Shown: positions 39,155-51,398 of the stretch, in pieces
Layout: each line of letters begins with the position of its first letter
Position numbering within the stretch: position 1 is the stretch's first letter
Assembly (NCBI GenBank): GCA_030141605.1
Contig: JAQGDQ010000403.1
Coordinates: 124,001 to 188,000, forward strand
Direction: 5' to 3'
DNA: 64,000 bases
Source of the DNA: Tubiluchus corallicola
Lineage: Eukaryota > Animalia > Priapulida
The notes under the pieces: generated by a model
Databases searched by the model: none
The model's input: only the letters and a program-made list of their open reading frames with translations
Told to the model about the DNA's origin: nothing
Program-made: the position numbers and the translations under genes

Positions 39155-39920
39155 TGCGTAGTAGTACAAATACATGTCTGTTGGAGAAATACACGTATCT
39201 TCTAACTTATTTGTCATGTGCAATTTTTTCGTTTGAGAAAATTATCGGTTTAAACCACAATGTAAATGTAGAATTTGAGAAACTAGGATTTGTTCTTCTC
39301 TTATGATGCACAGTAAGTGCTCGCTGATGGGGCCAAGTGATGTGTGTTTTTATTGCCCGAACTGGATTCAGGCATTACATACAAGTCCATGTTGGAAAAT
39401 AGCTTTTTAACTGTTATAAAACACAGTTTTTTTTTGCTAAATGGAATTTTTGTTATAAGTTTGTTTCTCTGGAGCTATGTAGTAAACTTGAATTTGAGTA
39501 TGTGATTTTTTCAATGTTTATCTTGTATCATTCTTTCTTTTTGTCACTGTTTAATAAATATAATTATAGTTATTTTGACATTTGCTTTTGCTGCGTTTTA
39601 AACTTTTTGTATAGTACATTAACAAATTCAGATGATGAGCCCTGTTAACAATGCAAATGTCTAAGCCAAGATGTAAAATTTTTAAAATCTGTGGTTTACT
39701 AAAATGTGAATATAAAATCTAAGAGCTATTCTTATGTGTTCATAGATTGCTTGCAGGCATATATTTTCTGTATTTTTTGCAACTGTACATGATACAACCT
39801 GAATAAGAAATGTCTACCTATTCGTTTGCTTCAGAATCACTGTAGTCAGTGTAGTGCAACAGAGTTTTGACTTCAGATGAAGTGTCATTCTGGTTGTGGA
39901 GGTTTGTTTAAGTCAAACTG

Positions 39921-41507
39921 CTATGTCAGACGCTCATACTTTATATAATCCTTGCTGCCTATCCGTTGTTTGTGATTAGCGATTTTCACAAAAGCTATTT
40001 TCATAGTTAAAACTAAAATCACTGCTACAACAAATAGGCCGCTGATAGTGTAAATGTGTAGTGGCAGATTTACTGAGCCTGGACTTTTAAACGAAGTTGT
40101 GTTATTCTTCTGAATCTCAGTGGAGGAAGTCTTTGTGACATTCTTCTGAATCTCAGTGGAGGGAATCTTTGTGTTATTCTTCTGAATCTCAGTGGAGGGA
40201 GTCTTTGTGTCATTCTTCTGAATCTCAGTGGAGGGAGTCTTTGTGTTATTCTTCTGAATCTCAGTGGAGGGAATCTTTGTGACATTCTTCTGAATCTCAG
40301 TGGAGGGAGTCTTTGTGTTATTCTTCTGAATCTCAGTGGAGGGAGTCTTTGTGTTATTCTTCTGAATCTCAGTGGAGGGAGTCTTTGTGTCATTCTTCTG
40401 AATCTCAGTGGAGGGAATCTTTGTGTCATTCTTCTGAATCTCAGTGGAGGGAGTCTTTTCCTTAGAGAACAGCTTATCCGGCGCCACATGCGGTATATTA
40501 TTTTGTTCGAAACTGCCTAGATCTTCAAGTTCCTTGTTATATGGAAGGGGTACGCTTGCATCTGCTGGAATTTCATTGGATAAATTCAAGTTATCCCCGC
40601 GACAAATAGAGGGTTTGTCATTGCTGCCATTGGTATAGTACATCAAGTAAAGATTGCACATTTCGTCATTGCTGTTGTGTCCCATACGTGTTTCTTCCCT
40701 TCTTTTAGAAGAATCGTACGTACATCGAGTAACCAGTTTATTTCCAGGATACACAGTGACTTCTCTTTCCAGTAGATAGAAATTTTCTGGCCACAGAGGG
40801 TTTCCTTTAGCTATTAGTGTCCAGCTGTCATTAGCAATTACATAACCAGTTATAACTCTACCTAATTCGTGAGCGTGTGGCCTGAATGCAAAAATGTGAA
40901 ATGGTGAAATGTTATCATCCATTTTGCAAGACACATCAACATATGCTTCTTTCATGTGTGGTGGTATGATTCTAGTGGCAGACATGCCCGTCAGTAATAG
41001 CACACCTGCTGCAAGAGGTTGACTCAATGTCGTAGTCTTAAGTGTCAGTCCTGAATGATCCTTCTGCCCTTTCTTAGAAGGTGACGCATAATGTACCTGA
41101 AGTACCAGTGATTCAATGTCATTATTGACACCGATACCAAAACCAATTTTCTCTGGTAGAACAAGGGGAGATGCGTTGCGAGCATAGGCATATAATACTC
41201 GGCAGCTTCCTCCGAATTTATATATCTTGTGTTTGCACCTCCACGAGGTTCCTTCTCCGCCATGGTAAGAACTACAGCCATAAAGTAACATATGATGCAC
41301 CTTGCTCATCACGTTCGGGCTAAATCCTGTAACGTAGACGTCTTCAGTTACTGGGAATACCGTGCAGATATATTCATCCTTTACTGTTGGTGTTACACCA
41401 GGCATCAACAAGTCCATCGTAGAACTGCTGTCCACAAGATTTGCCTTGATAACTTCAACTACAACGTCATAATATAGCAGTGCAATCAGTAATTTATGTC
41501 TATTCAT
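39921..41507 (-). CDS. PHM: Peptidylglycine alpha-hydroxylating monooxygenase (PHM), intronless, type I membrane form without PAL domain
   Basis: The ORF is open from 41594; the likely start is the Met at 41507 (MNRHKLLIALLYY.., signal-like). CuH ligands in VHHMLLYGC and LQVHY, CuM ligands in FRPHAH and DEMCNLY. These are followed by 10x12-aa repeats, the hydrophobic helix IYTISGLFVVAVILVLTM and a short tail ending YERLT. Confidence 0.92.
   Translation of the reverse strand: MNRHKLLIALLYYDVVVEVIKANLVDSSSTMDLLMPGVTPTVKDEYICTVFPVTEDVYVTGFSPNVMSKVHHMLLYGCSSYHGGEGTSWRCKHKIYKFGGSCRVLYAYARNASPLVLPEKIGFGIGVNNDIESLVLQVHYASPSKKGQKDHSGLTLKTTTLSQPLAAGVLLLTGMSATRIIPPHMKEAYVDVSCKMDDNISPFHIFAFRPHAHELGRVITGYVIANDSWTLIAKGNPLWPENFYLLEREVTVYPGNKLVTRCTYDSSKRREETRMGHNSNDEMCNLYLMYYTNGSNDKPSICRGDNLNLSNEIPADASVPLPYNKELEDLGSFEQNNIPHVAPDKLFSKEKTPSTEIQKNDTKIPSTEIQKNDTKTPSTEIQKNNTKTPSTEIQKNNTKTPSTEIQKNVTKIPSTEIQKNNTKTPSTEIQKNDTKTPSTEIQKNNTKIPSTEIQKNVTKTSSTEIQKNNTTSFKSPGSVNLPLHIYTISGLFVVAVILVLTMKIAFVKIANHKQRIGSKDYIKYERLT
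40098..40457 (-). repeat. Coding tandem repeat, 36 bp x 10 (KTPSTEIQKNxT)
   Basis: Ten near-identical units of gttattcttctgaatctcagtggagggagtctttgt inside the PHM ORF. Confidence 0.97.
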
Positions 41508-42972
41508 ATTGAATCGAAATCTTCTGATTTTAGCTGATGGCTCAGTCGATGTGACACACTGAACCACATCATACCTAATAGTTACTTGTACCATTACAGC
41601 TGCGTACTAGCAGACAGGCAGTACAGTACAGTTAAAGAGTACAGTTAAATGTACAGTACACATCATATGCATGAGTGCTGTAACAGAACTCGCCCATAGG
41701 CGCTGTTCCATTTCTTTTACGTAATTTTTCGTCATACAAACGCGGTTAGAGGTTCAAAAATCACCGCTCCACTAATGAACGTATACAGTAATTGTGACAT
41801 AACAATTAAAACCAGTCAAGTGACTTTGAACTTTCTAGTTTTTCGTCTTAATTCAGTATTTTTGTAACTTTTGAAATGAATGAAGCAGAAGAAGACACTA
41901 CAAAAAATGTAACAGCATTTTATTTCAAAAATATCTAACACATCAGAAAAACGGTAAATAACAAATCACAAAAGATCTATTCACACCAAATTCAGCACCA
42001 GGGCCCAGATTCATGTACGGGCCGCAACTTTATGCACTTCCAAGTGCATTGTCTTACGACACCTCTGAGACAGTCGTAAATCGTATTCATATAGTTGTCT
42101 TAGGGTGCAGTCAAGTCCATCTCGTTGGTTGTCGTAACCTTGCTGTTAGTTGAAATGCATAAAACTGTCCTAGGGGTCAGTGAAGACACGCGGGGCGGTG
42201 CTAGCTTTAACGAATCGTGAAAACTGTAACTCGCAAAATGTAATACACCAGAATGAATAAGCAGCACCAGACAAGGCTGGACCGCGCCGTGTTTTATAAA
42301 CGCCTGTCGACTTATTCGCTTTTAATACATAGATGTACAGCTTTTATCTGTTGAATTAGTCAGAATTAACTCGCTAAAATTGTCTTATAATATTTTAGGC
42401 CTAACAATGCAAACTTTTTTCTTATTAATAATTATTGTATCAATGAACTGCCTTGCTTATACATACATATGAAAGCAAATGATAACAGTTAGTAAATCTA
42501 TTTGAATAAACTATAAATTAGTTTCAAAGGGTTCGGCAACGAACGAATTGCACAATGTTGCTAGTCCGATGAGGATACGCAGATCTCTTGTACGCGAATT
42601 CGATATTAGGGGAAAGTTATACTGAGTTAGCGGTTTTTTGGCTTTTTGACATAACTTACCGAGAAAATATAAAGTTTGGAAGCAAACTGTTAGTAAAATA
42701 CGTGATAATAGTAACAGAGAAAAAAAGATAGACTATAAGCATTTAGATTCAACAAATTTTTATTAATTTTATGTAATGGATTATTGTAGCTGTATCAAGT
42801 CTCGCTGATTACTAATACAGTTCTGTACATTGTTCTGTGTATTATTTACAAAAAGTAAATTTACAAATATTTTCTGTAGGCCAGCAGCGTGTACGAACAG
42901 TCTATGCTTTTTTCAGTTGCACATGGTTTTGCTGTTTAATAGAGAAGCCTTGTACTTAAAGAAGAAAAAAAA

Positions 42973-43073
<101 letters not shown>

Positions 43074-43396
43074 ATTAGTTCTAATATTAATTGACTTGCA
43101 CACTTTTATTTGTTATTGTCTGTAGCTAACTGTAGTTTTTAATTATACCTTGATGTAGTAAATGTTTGCTTCTATGTGGCCATTTGACGGATGATAATTT
43201 ACTATTAGTCACTTGTTTAGTAACTATTAACTTGAGTAACTACCGCTACTGTATTTACAGTATTTCCAAACTATCGATCAACCATTTTGTGATTTTTGAA
43301 ATCTAATACTAATAATAACAGTAGTATTTATCGAGTTACGACAGCTCCCCAGGTGTCGTAAAGTTAGGCGTGGCGGCTAAGAGAAATTTTGTTTAA

Positions 43397-43940
43397 AGCG
43401 AAACCGGACGATTGTGTAAACAGTTCAGAATAAACAATGCTCTAAATATTGAAAACTACAATAGCTTTTTTTAAACAACTGCTTGGATTAAATAATAATT
43501 ACCTCGGATACTCAAATTTTGTTAAACTTTCAAAGCTACGCGCGGCTCAGCGAATCTACTGAGATTGGCAACAGCGCTTTTTTGTCACATGCGCGTGGCG
43601 GACAAATAGAAAGCGGTACCATGATAACCATGATCTTGAATTGCAGTGTTAGTTTCTGACGTTAAATGACGTAGAGCCCATTTTCGTGACATCACGCGTT
43701 TAAGCAGTACTGTAACATTTACGCAAACGTGTTTGACGCGCAAGGGAAGATGCCTGCCATTGCACAAACTGTGGTTAGTTTCTGACGTGAACAATAGGTG
43801 CGTTCGGTTGCTGTTAATTAACTTTCTCAGCTAATTATTCAAATATAAGAAACATTTACTAACTTTTATAGGTAAGAAAATGTATATTTTGGACAATAAA
43901 TTAAAACAAAATTGACTCTAAACAATCGTCCGGTTTTCCT
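43397..43940. mobile_element. Kolobok-type MITE nested in the Harbinger-like element
   Basis: Termini agcgaaaccggacgattg and caatcgtccggttttcct; TTAA on both sides; AG..CT ends. Confidence 0.75.
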
Positions 43941-45239
43941 TTAATGAATCCCTAAAATCGCTAATTGCGCACAAAGTTAGGCGCGACGTGATGCAACTTA
44001 AGACGTCTACTTGAATTCTGCCTAACTTTCCTACTAGCGCGGAAGCTAATCGCGACTATGGTGCGACTGAGGAGATTAGACATCTGTATATATATATATG
44101 TGTGTGTGTGTTTATAGACTGATTAAGAGATAGTCGAACATGATGCTTTAGTTCAGTCCATAGATCACTACAAAAAGGGACTTATGATCATATAACATGA
44201 TCATTACTGTCCAAAAATAACTGAAGAATTATTTGCAAATTCTCACTACACACCTATTATCGCCTAACATGATCATTACTGTCCGAAAACAGCTAAAGAG
44301 TTATTTACAAATTCACAATATGACATTGGGTTTCCATTGATCTACATGAATTCAATGCAAATAATTCCGCGCGCCTAAACCCCACTTAAGACAACGAAAC
44401 TGTCGTAAGTGCAGTACGTGAATCCGACCCCAGTACTCAGTACAACTAGTGCCTCAGTTCAACTGCAGCAGTATTATATCACCTCTACTAGGTTCATCTT
44501 CTAAAGCACGTTTCTTGTGCTTTAGAAGATACCGACCTAGAATGCGTTGTTTAGTTAAACACGGTAGTCGTTTATAACTAGCTGTCAACTCCAAAACAAC
44601 TAGCTAGATGAATTAGTAAGCCATTTAAATGATTCATGCGGCAGTATGCCATTTGAACACTGCCATATACAATGTTGGGCCGTCGTTGTGATTTTTTGCA
44701 TGTGCGAGAGCGTTTAACCCTATGGTCTAAATTACCGGCTCTAGGGAATGCTTGCATTGTTGATGCAGGTTTGACTCCTCCTTGTAATTTTAAATAAAAT
44801 GTTATACAAATTTTGTTCCAGTTGTTGGGAATGTAATCATCTTTTATGTCAAGGAATTCCATCTACTGGCGTTCACTGGTCTTGTTACTCATGAAATACT
44901 TCCGTCTGAAAACAAACAAACAAACAGAAATTTGGCTTTGTCCGAAGTGTTTATGTAATAGCTTATTAAATTTGTATAACATTTTTAAAATACATAAATA
45001 ACAAATAAATGCTGTATAGTTTATTTAATATTAATTAAGACGAACAGACACTAGAAGTCATCATAACTTATCATAGAGCTTCCAGGCCAGTTCTGGCGCG
45101 TTCTAACCATTTCTGCAGCTGCTGGAGGTAAGATACTATAACTTGTTTAAAGCAGAATTCTCTACAATAAATGGCATTTCTTTCGTTTAATGGACAGTTA
45201 TAATTCGCCGTTCTTTCCGACAGCTGACTTTGTATAATG

Positions 45240-45420
45240 AGCTAAAATGACGAAAAGGGGTACCTGCTGTAGGTTTCAAAAAAATCGCCTTAAAAATTAT
45301 ATTACTTTATAGCAATTTTATACGTATATTGTATTCGCGTTGAAAGGATCTTTGTTTGTTTTCATTTCAAGTCTCCCGCAATACTGTTCCGACGGCGCCA
45401 TTACATGACGTTATATACGT
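45240..45420. repeat. Dispersed repeat, inverted homolog of 4155-4340
   Basis: Same alignment as the partner copy; probably a DNA transposon fragment. Confidence 0.75.
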
Positions 45421-46304
45421 ACAACATAATTCATTTACTAATCAGGCTCAGCATTGCTTAACTTCAGTTGTTAGGCGTAGACTATGCCTGCCCAGCTGTT
45501 CACTTGTTTGGACAAAGAGCTGTGCACAGTAAAGCGAATCCAGATAAAAAATCATGGGAAAAAAGAAATTAATCATAAGCCTAACCCAGCCAAATTTTAA
45601 CTGTGACTTTTCCAATGGGTCAATGGTAAATCATTCTGACAGACGGGAGCTGTTAATTATTAATTGCTTAACTATTAGTGATTACGCAAACACACCAAAG
45701 CTGACTACCTAATTACGCGCTGGTAGAGTTTGAAATGATAATTTTCGAATGTGCTTCAGGTATTATACATATGTTGATTTAATCAAAAAACTGTCATATG
45801 GCTGCACATTTATTGTGCTGACTGCCTTGTCACTGGTTTACGACATGCTATTATATGCATCAATAATAACACTATAAGTTGAAGTTCATTGACCTCCAGG
45901 GATGTTGCAAAACCGGGTACATCGTGACACTGCACTGATTATTAATTCATCCCGATGCTTAAAATATTCAGCAGTCTTCACAGCAGCTTAGCCTTTTACA
46001 TTATAACAAGCCGATGATGAACAATGGATGCGTAATGGCGCTTCTAATAGGTGAACTTTTATGAGTGAAATCTTAGAGTGTTGTAGACTGTTATACAGTT
46101 GCCCTTTATGTAAAGGAAACTGTACATTTAGTTTCTGGGATTTATATGGCATGTAGTGAAGATGTATATCTGAAGCCCGGTGGGATTATATTTATAATTT
46201 AATTATATCCACCTTGATTTGGTAAGAATGATTCCTGGAATTATAACCGCTTATTAAAATAGGGTACAATGTGAATATTTGTAGAAAAGTATGAAAAGTA
46301 AGAA

Positions 46305-46745
46305 CGTTGATGATGATGATGATGATGGTAGTGGTGGAGGTGGTGGTAGTGGTAATGGCGGCAGCGGCGGTGGTGACAACGATGATGACTGTGATGTTGA
46401 AGAAGAAGATTGTGATGATTATGACAATGACGACGGCGATAGTGTGATAATGATGGCGACAATGACAATGAAGACTTTGATTTTTCTGTAATGTCTATTC
46501 GTAGACAGCAATGTGCTAATGACGAGTGTGTGATTTAACTAATAATCACAATGATGAAGATGATGAAGATGATGGCAATGACAATGACTGGATGCTAGTG
46601 ACGGCGAGGAACGAAATGATGAAGAGTAATGACAACAATGATGAATCGCTGACGATAACAATGGAACTGACTAATAATGTGTGACGACATGGCTTTGCTT
46701 GATGATAATAGCAATGTTGACGATGATGTTATCATTATTACATCA
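46305..46745. repeat. Degenerate (GAT/GAC/GGT)n low-complexity tract
   Basis: Trinucleotide-derived tract with stop codons; a similar tract lies at 48930-49180. Confidence 0.85.
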
Positions 46746-47422
46746 GTATCTGAAAAGAGCGTTCGATTTAACATTAAATTTTCGAATTTTGTTCGACAGT
46801 CCTGACCATTTCATACTCTAGTATTTGTGACAAATTGAAATTAACGTTCTATTTTACATGAAACGCTTATCATCACGATTTTGCACAGAAAGATTTAAAC
46901 ACTTCAGCATTGATCCTTAGAAATAAATGTACTTGGGGCATTGCGGCGAGCGGGAAGTCCTGGCATAGGGAGGTGAACAGAATCATGTCACTGGACGTGT
47001 GATTCATTGGATGATGATGATGATGATATTATCACGCTAAATTTCATGAAAATTTAGAATGCAGAAGCCTTGTGGTTTTGTTGTTAGAGTTGCTGTTCTG
47101 ATGAGTGATGAAGATGATTGGTACTACATATTGTTTAAATCAGCACTGGGTATCACCCATCATCATCATCATCATACTCCCGTCACGTCTATTGTAGACA
47201 TTGGGCAGGCAGAATTCTAAAATTAAAGAAATCTGCCTTCAGACAGGTATCACCCGTCTATTTGTTAACCAAGTCTGGCACCGCCTACCTTCGTTATAGC
47301 CAATTACACACACCACTCAGTGAAGTTTGTCACCCGATTTCATGTACATAAATTAACTAACTGAAGTTTCTATATTACATAATGATGCCATCCTTCCAAA
47401 CTCATAGAAGAGCTTTTATAAG

Positions 47423-47529
47423 CAGGGCCTATTTCAGGGGGGGGGGAAGTGGGGATACTTCCCCGGGGCCTCGCGCCAAGGTAACATTTTTTTGCTTTAT
47501 GCGAACATACTGCCTCCTCTCTCCCCCCT

Positions 47530-47581
<52 letters not shown>

Positions 47582-47788
47582 CGCAGGCGCGCCGTTTGCC
47601 AGTATTGATAAGCATTAAGGACTGGTCTTGAAAATAAAACAGTTTTTCTTTCAATTGTTCTTTCCTTTAACGACTGTATAACTCCATATTTCCTCTTCGA
47701 AAATGCTTCTCTGGCGCTCTAGCAGTTCAAAAATTTTCTGAAATACGCCCCACTTCCCCGGGCCTCGCTTAGGCTGAAATAGGTCCTG
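47423..47788. mobile_element. hAT-type MITE containing (CT)n
   Basis: Termini cagggcctatttcag and ctgaaataggtcctg; perfect 8-bp duplication tttataag; subterminal cttccccgg(g)gcctcgc occurs twice. Confidence 0.88.
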
Positions 47789-48681
47789 TTTATAAGGCAG
47801 CTATAATACATTTTAGGCTTGGAACATTTGCTTGCGTAGTTCTCGCAACGTTACCATGGTATTCTTTTTTTAAATTTCCCAACTTCAGAGAACTACGGGA
47901 CTTGTTTTCAGAATAAATACCTGTACTTGCCGTATTACTACGTTAATGCAAATATTTTATTTTGTCCAAGAACAGTTTCATTGCCTATGTAGGTATTAAT
48001 AATAGAACCAGTTGATACCGTCCGCGCATTGTATTTTTGATGTGCATAACTAGGACATTCTGGACATTGATGAATTGAGGGCGCCATTGATCCAGGATAG
48101 ACAAATTGACAGGCTTCTATTCTAGCTACATTCCTGTATTCTCGCTATTCCTGCCGCATATAATGGTGTAAGGCACCTCGTGGTACCAGGTGGACACGGT
48201 TACGGTTTCTATAATGTTGCAACACAAACATCATATCTTATAAATAGGTAACTACATGTTTTTATGGATTTATACCCAACGGGGATTGCAGCCTCATTAT
48301 TACCTGCTATTAGTCAGCTGTTACTGAAGCCTGTAATAGGTGCACAGGGAGCACGAATCCCCGTCGGGTCTCATTCGCAAGCGTGCGGCTTCTGCTGATG
48401 ACTAGACTTTGCATAACCTGTCTGTCGCTGGCATGATAATAGAGATGGGTTAAACATTAATCGCTGGTTTGCATAATCGTATACCGATTTAATCATAAAA
48501 TTATAATATTTGCATTTCTTTGCTATTGTGTAAAAGAACTCGCGGATCAGTTTGGAAATTCAGTCAACTTTATTCCGACTATGACGTGACAGCAGCAAAA
48601 TAGGTAAGCCCATGTGGGAAAGCTAATGAAAGTTTTATTAGACTACTACAGTTTTTCTAACTATGCAAATATCCGAAGGAA

Positions 48682-48827
48682 TTTATAATTCCCCACACAA
48701 GTAAAATTCACTTATCTTAACCCTATCCCTAATGCCAATCCGAACCCTAACCCGAACCCTAATCCTAATCCTAATCCTAATCCACTTTAATAGACAAACT
48801 AATTTCTTGTGTGTGGGGAATTGTAAA
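48682..48827. repeat. Foldback mini-element with degenerate (CCCTAA)n core
   Basis: Inverted arms tttataattccccacaca and tgtgtggggaattgtaaa enclose accctaacccgaaccctaatcctaat. Confidence 0.7.
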
Positions 48828-50129
48828 CTTTAGCCCAAGTATCTTAAACGTACACAACTGTTACTAATGACTTTCTTAATTATTTTGTAATCAAGCATCA
48901 ATATCTAGTTTTGCTCAAAATATCTCATTGCAATGACTATGATGAGGATAATGACAGTCATGGTAGCAATATTGAGGATGATGGTGATAGTGAAAGCAGC
49001 GAAGGTAGTGTTTGTAATTATGATTATTATTATTATGATGATGATGATGATGAAAACGAGAATAATAAAAACTGACTAAAACGACATTACACTGATGGTG
49101 ATGGTGGCGACGAAATGGAGTGATGATGATGACGGGCCAGCAGCGGGAGCTGCAATTGTAGTGATAGCAATGATAATCTTAAATGGCAGCTAGCTGTTCT
49201 TAACTCTGGTACTCTGGCAAAAATAGAGATAGCTTTATTGTAGTAACATTCAGTTCTGTACATGTTTTCTAGTTTTTTGAAAACATCTTGTAGGCCTAAT
49301 TTATTTTTTTTTATTTGCTGAGAAACATTTAACGTAGACACTTGAAATATTACGTTGTGAAGTTTAACTTAAGATGGATCTTAACCGGTTATATATGAGT
49401 AGATGATTGCACATGTGAAAAAGCTTAATCAGCGATCGACCAATCTTTGTGCAGTAAAAAATCAGAGTGAAATGAATCTAAATTCAAAACACATGTTTGG
49501 CATAATTCACGCGCATATTTTGCACAATTAATTTATTACGTGTTTTGTAATTCGACAAAAAAACAGAATAACTTTATCCAAAATACAGGCAAAGGCCAAG
49601 TGTTTGCCGGCAGAGTGCAGTCAACAGATGGGCAAAAATATTTACAGGTGTAATTAACAGATGGTCTCATAAATGCAAATGGTAGCCATGATAAAACAAT
49701 GATTAATATTCCATGATTATTTAAAAACGTTAATTAGTTGGGCGCACTGTGTCGACACAACAATCATACATATAAACATTACTAGCCTTACTAAACCCAT
49801 ACAACCGTAGGGCCATCGTTACCCTTACAATTCATTTTAATGTACTGTGTAACCTCAATGGCTTGTGCTTAACTCAATTATGTTGTAGCAAATCGAGTGG
49901 CCATTGGCTGTGAACTGAAACACTGAGACTGCAACGATCGCATGATAATATGTAAATATCTCTAATTTGTTTTCTGCGCATTGTATCCTAAAAACATCCT
50001 GTAAAAATAGCTTAGCTGGGAAACATAATGTAGTAGTATAATTATACATTAAGTACTGTATAATGCAAAAAGCAATTAAATGTTCTGGTGTGAATGAACG
50101 GCTTGCCATAGCCGCACAAGATATTCAAC

Positions 50130-50610
50130 GCTAATTTCCACTAATTACGCCAGTAACGCAAGTACAAAAATCTCTAACTAATATCTAATTAGGCACCACA
50201 AATCTTTTAGCATCTTAAATTATGTAAGCCTACGTTACTTTTGCAGTCCATGGCAATTACCAAAAGTTCTGAAAATTAATTGCAGACTGTGTATGAAGTT
50301 CTTCATACGAACAGCTAAGGTTAGGATGATCCCATCAAATTTCAACACAACTGGATCATGGGAACGTGCAATTTAAATAAATTTAAATGAATTTAAAATG
50401 ATTTAATTAATTAAACAGCTTTAGTTAATTAACTAATTAGCAAATTGCTGCATTTTTAAACCAAAAACATCTTATCTCATCCCGATAAATACTTTTGATA
50501 TTGGATAAATAGGCCTGTTTTTGGAGACAAAAAGAATGTGACAGACAAACGGACAGACAAACGGACAGGCAAAGTGATTTAATCACCAGATTTTTTGCTA
50601 GGAATTTGTA
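50130..50610 (+). mobile_element. Possible Helentron-associated (HINE/DINE-like) element
   Basis: A gacagacaaacggacagacaaacggaca microsatellite near a short terminal hairpin-like segment is typical of these elements. Boundaries are approximate. Confidence 0.4.
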
Positions 50611-51290
50611 CGGATGGCACATTCAACACAAAAAGATAATTTTTGACTGTTTAACGCAGTCAATGAATCAAGGGACGACATCACTGATTACCAGGGTTCA
50701 CATAATCGCTGTAATAGGCGATTTGATTTTAAAACTCTGCCCGTTTCTTTGAATGTGTCTTTGTAGAATGTTAATGATGCCAGATACAGGCAACGCCAGC
50801 AAGCAATCTCAGCAGCATATTGGAAACGTTTGGGAACTTCACTATTGTGCCACATGTTCAAAAACATCTACTGTGAAAAATTACACAGAGCTGTTCGGGC
50901 GTAATGTAGAGAGCGCATGCGCGCTTTATTCCGGCCAACTTATCGCAGTTATGTTCAAGCTGTATTATTAGAACTTGATACGCATAAGTACATCACTAAA
51001 ACACAGCAGCTCTTTATCAATATTCAAGTCTAAATTAAAAAAACATTTAATGACTCGTTTTGAATATCAGACATACGAACACGACGATACTTACTCAAAT
51101 CATAATTTCATTTTTCCTAGACCTTACTAAACTAGTTTACATTTTATTTTTGAATTTCTAGTTGCACTTATAGTTTAGCTTGCACCAGACGCTTTTGCCC
51201 AGAACAGTGTACGTTTTTTATATGAACTAACACCGATTGTCTGTCTTTTATTATGATGGTCAATGTTTTTAAAATGGCAAATAAAGATTT

Positions 51291-51398
<108 letters not shown>

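Noticed and set aside
40070-40489. Arg/Pro-rich 139-aa repeat ORF
   Set aside because: It is an alternative frame of the 36-bp PHM repeat, open only because the unit lacks stop codons.
46241-46491. Asp/Gly-rich and His-rich ORFs
   Set aside because: Low-complexity trinucleotide tract with no splice support or domain.
48040-48130. Faint resemblance to 5.8S/18S rRNA words
   Set aside because: Matches are only a few bases long and not colinear.
48385-48420. CTGATGA hammerhead core candidates here and at several other sites
   Set aside because: No stem II followed by GAAA and matching stems could be built.
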